In this document: piece by piece, positions 34,115-34,249 of the stretch
How positions within the stretch are numbered: the stretch's first letter is position 1
Layout: the number at the start of each line of letters is the position of its first letter
From: a virus
Taxonomy: Duplodnaviria; Caudoviricetes
Length of the DNA stretch: 34,249 nucleotides
Virus record (IMG/VR): IMGVR_UViG_3300032305_001148
Coordinates: 1 to 34,249 of that record
Strand: one strand, 5' to 3'
Notes under the pieces: generated by a model
Seen by the model: the letters and a program-made list of their open reading frames with translations, nothing else
Told to the model about the DNA's origin: nothing
The model's database searches: none
Translations under genes and position numbers: made by a program

Positions 34115-34249
34115 GTTACTTGGAAAGGCCTAGTCTTTCCTGGATCCTTGTGACAGCAAAAGCGAGGGCGTCACGCTTAAATGATTCATCTATCTCCTCT
34201 CTTAAAGCTTTTTCAATCGCTTTCGTCTGTTCACCGACAACAGCTTTCA
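34115..34249 (-). CDS. 3' end of a hypothetical protein entering from beyond the window
   Basis: Open frame ...KAVVGEQTKAIEKALREEIDESFKRDALAFAVTRIQERLGLSK* ending at 34115. Confidence 0.4.

Overview
This window covers most of the genome of a T7-like podovirus (Autographiviridae type). Gene content points to a cyanobacterial (Synechococcus/Cyanobium-like) host, which is an inference. All credible genes lie on the minus strand. In transcription order (right to left): small early genes including an AT-rich GNAT acetyltransferase; single-subunit RNA polymerase; three small ORFs (two very acidic); SSB, endonuclease I, primase/helicase, DNA polymerase and exonuclease; DUF3310 and MazG-like nucleotide genes; a minimal ribonucleotide reductase alpha with an atypical ferritin-like beta; portal, scaffold, major capsid and tail tubular A/B; internal virion proteins gp13-16; a tailspike; holin, a two-domain endolysin, small terminase and HNH genes running off the left edge. 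I see no integrase, psbA/hli or large terminase in the window. The most striking unexplained element is a 58-nt tRNA-like RNA (17383-17440) between scaffold and capsid genes. It has perfect acceptor, D and T arms but no anticodon arm, and lies in a densely structured 240-nt intergenic region. Other leads are an apparent RNAP insertion with helically phased ATCC repeats, beta-clamp-like motifs in gp16, a HiPIP-like Cys protein coupled to the RNR, and Ocr-like acidic proteins. All product calls come from motif recognition and synteny; no database search was run.
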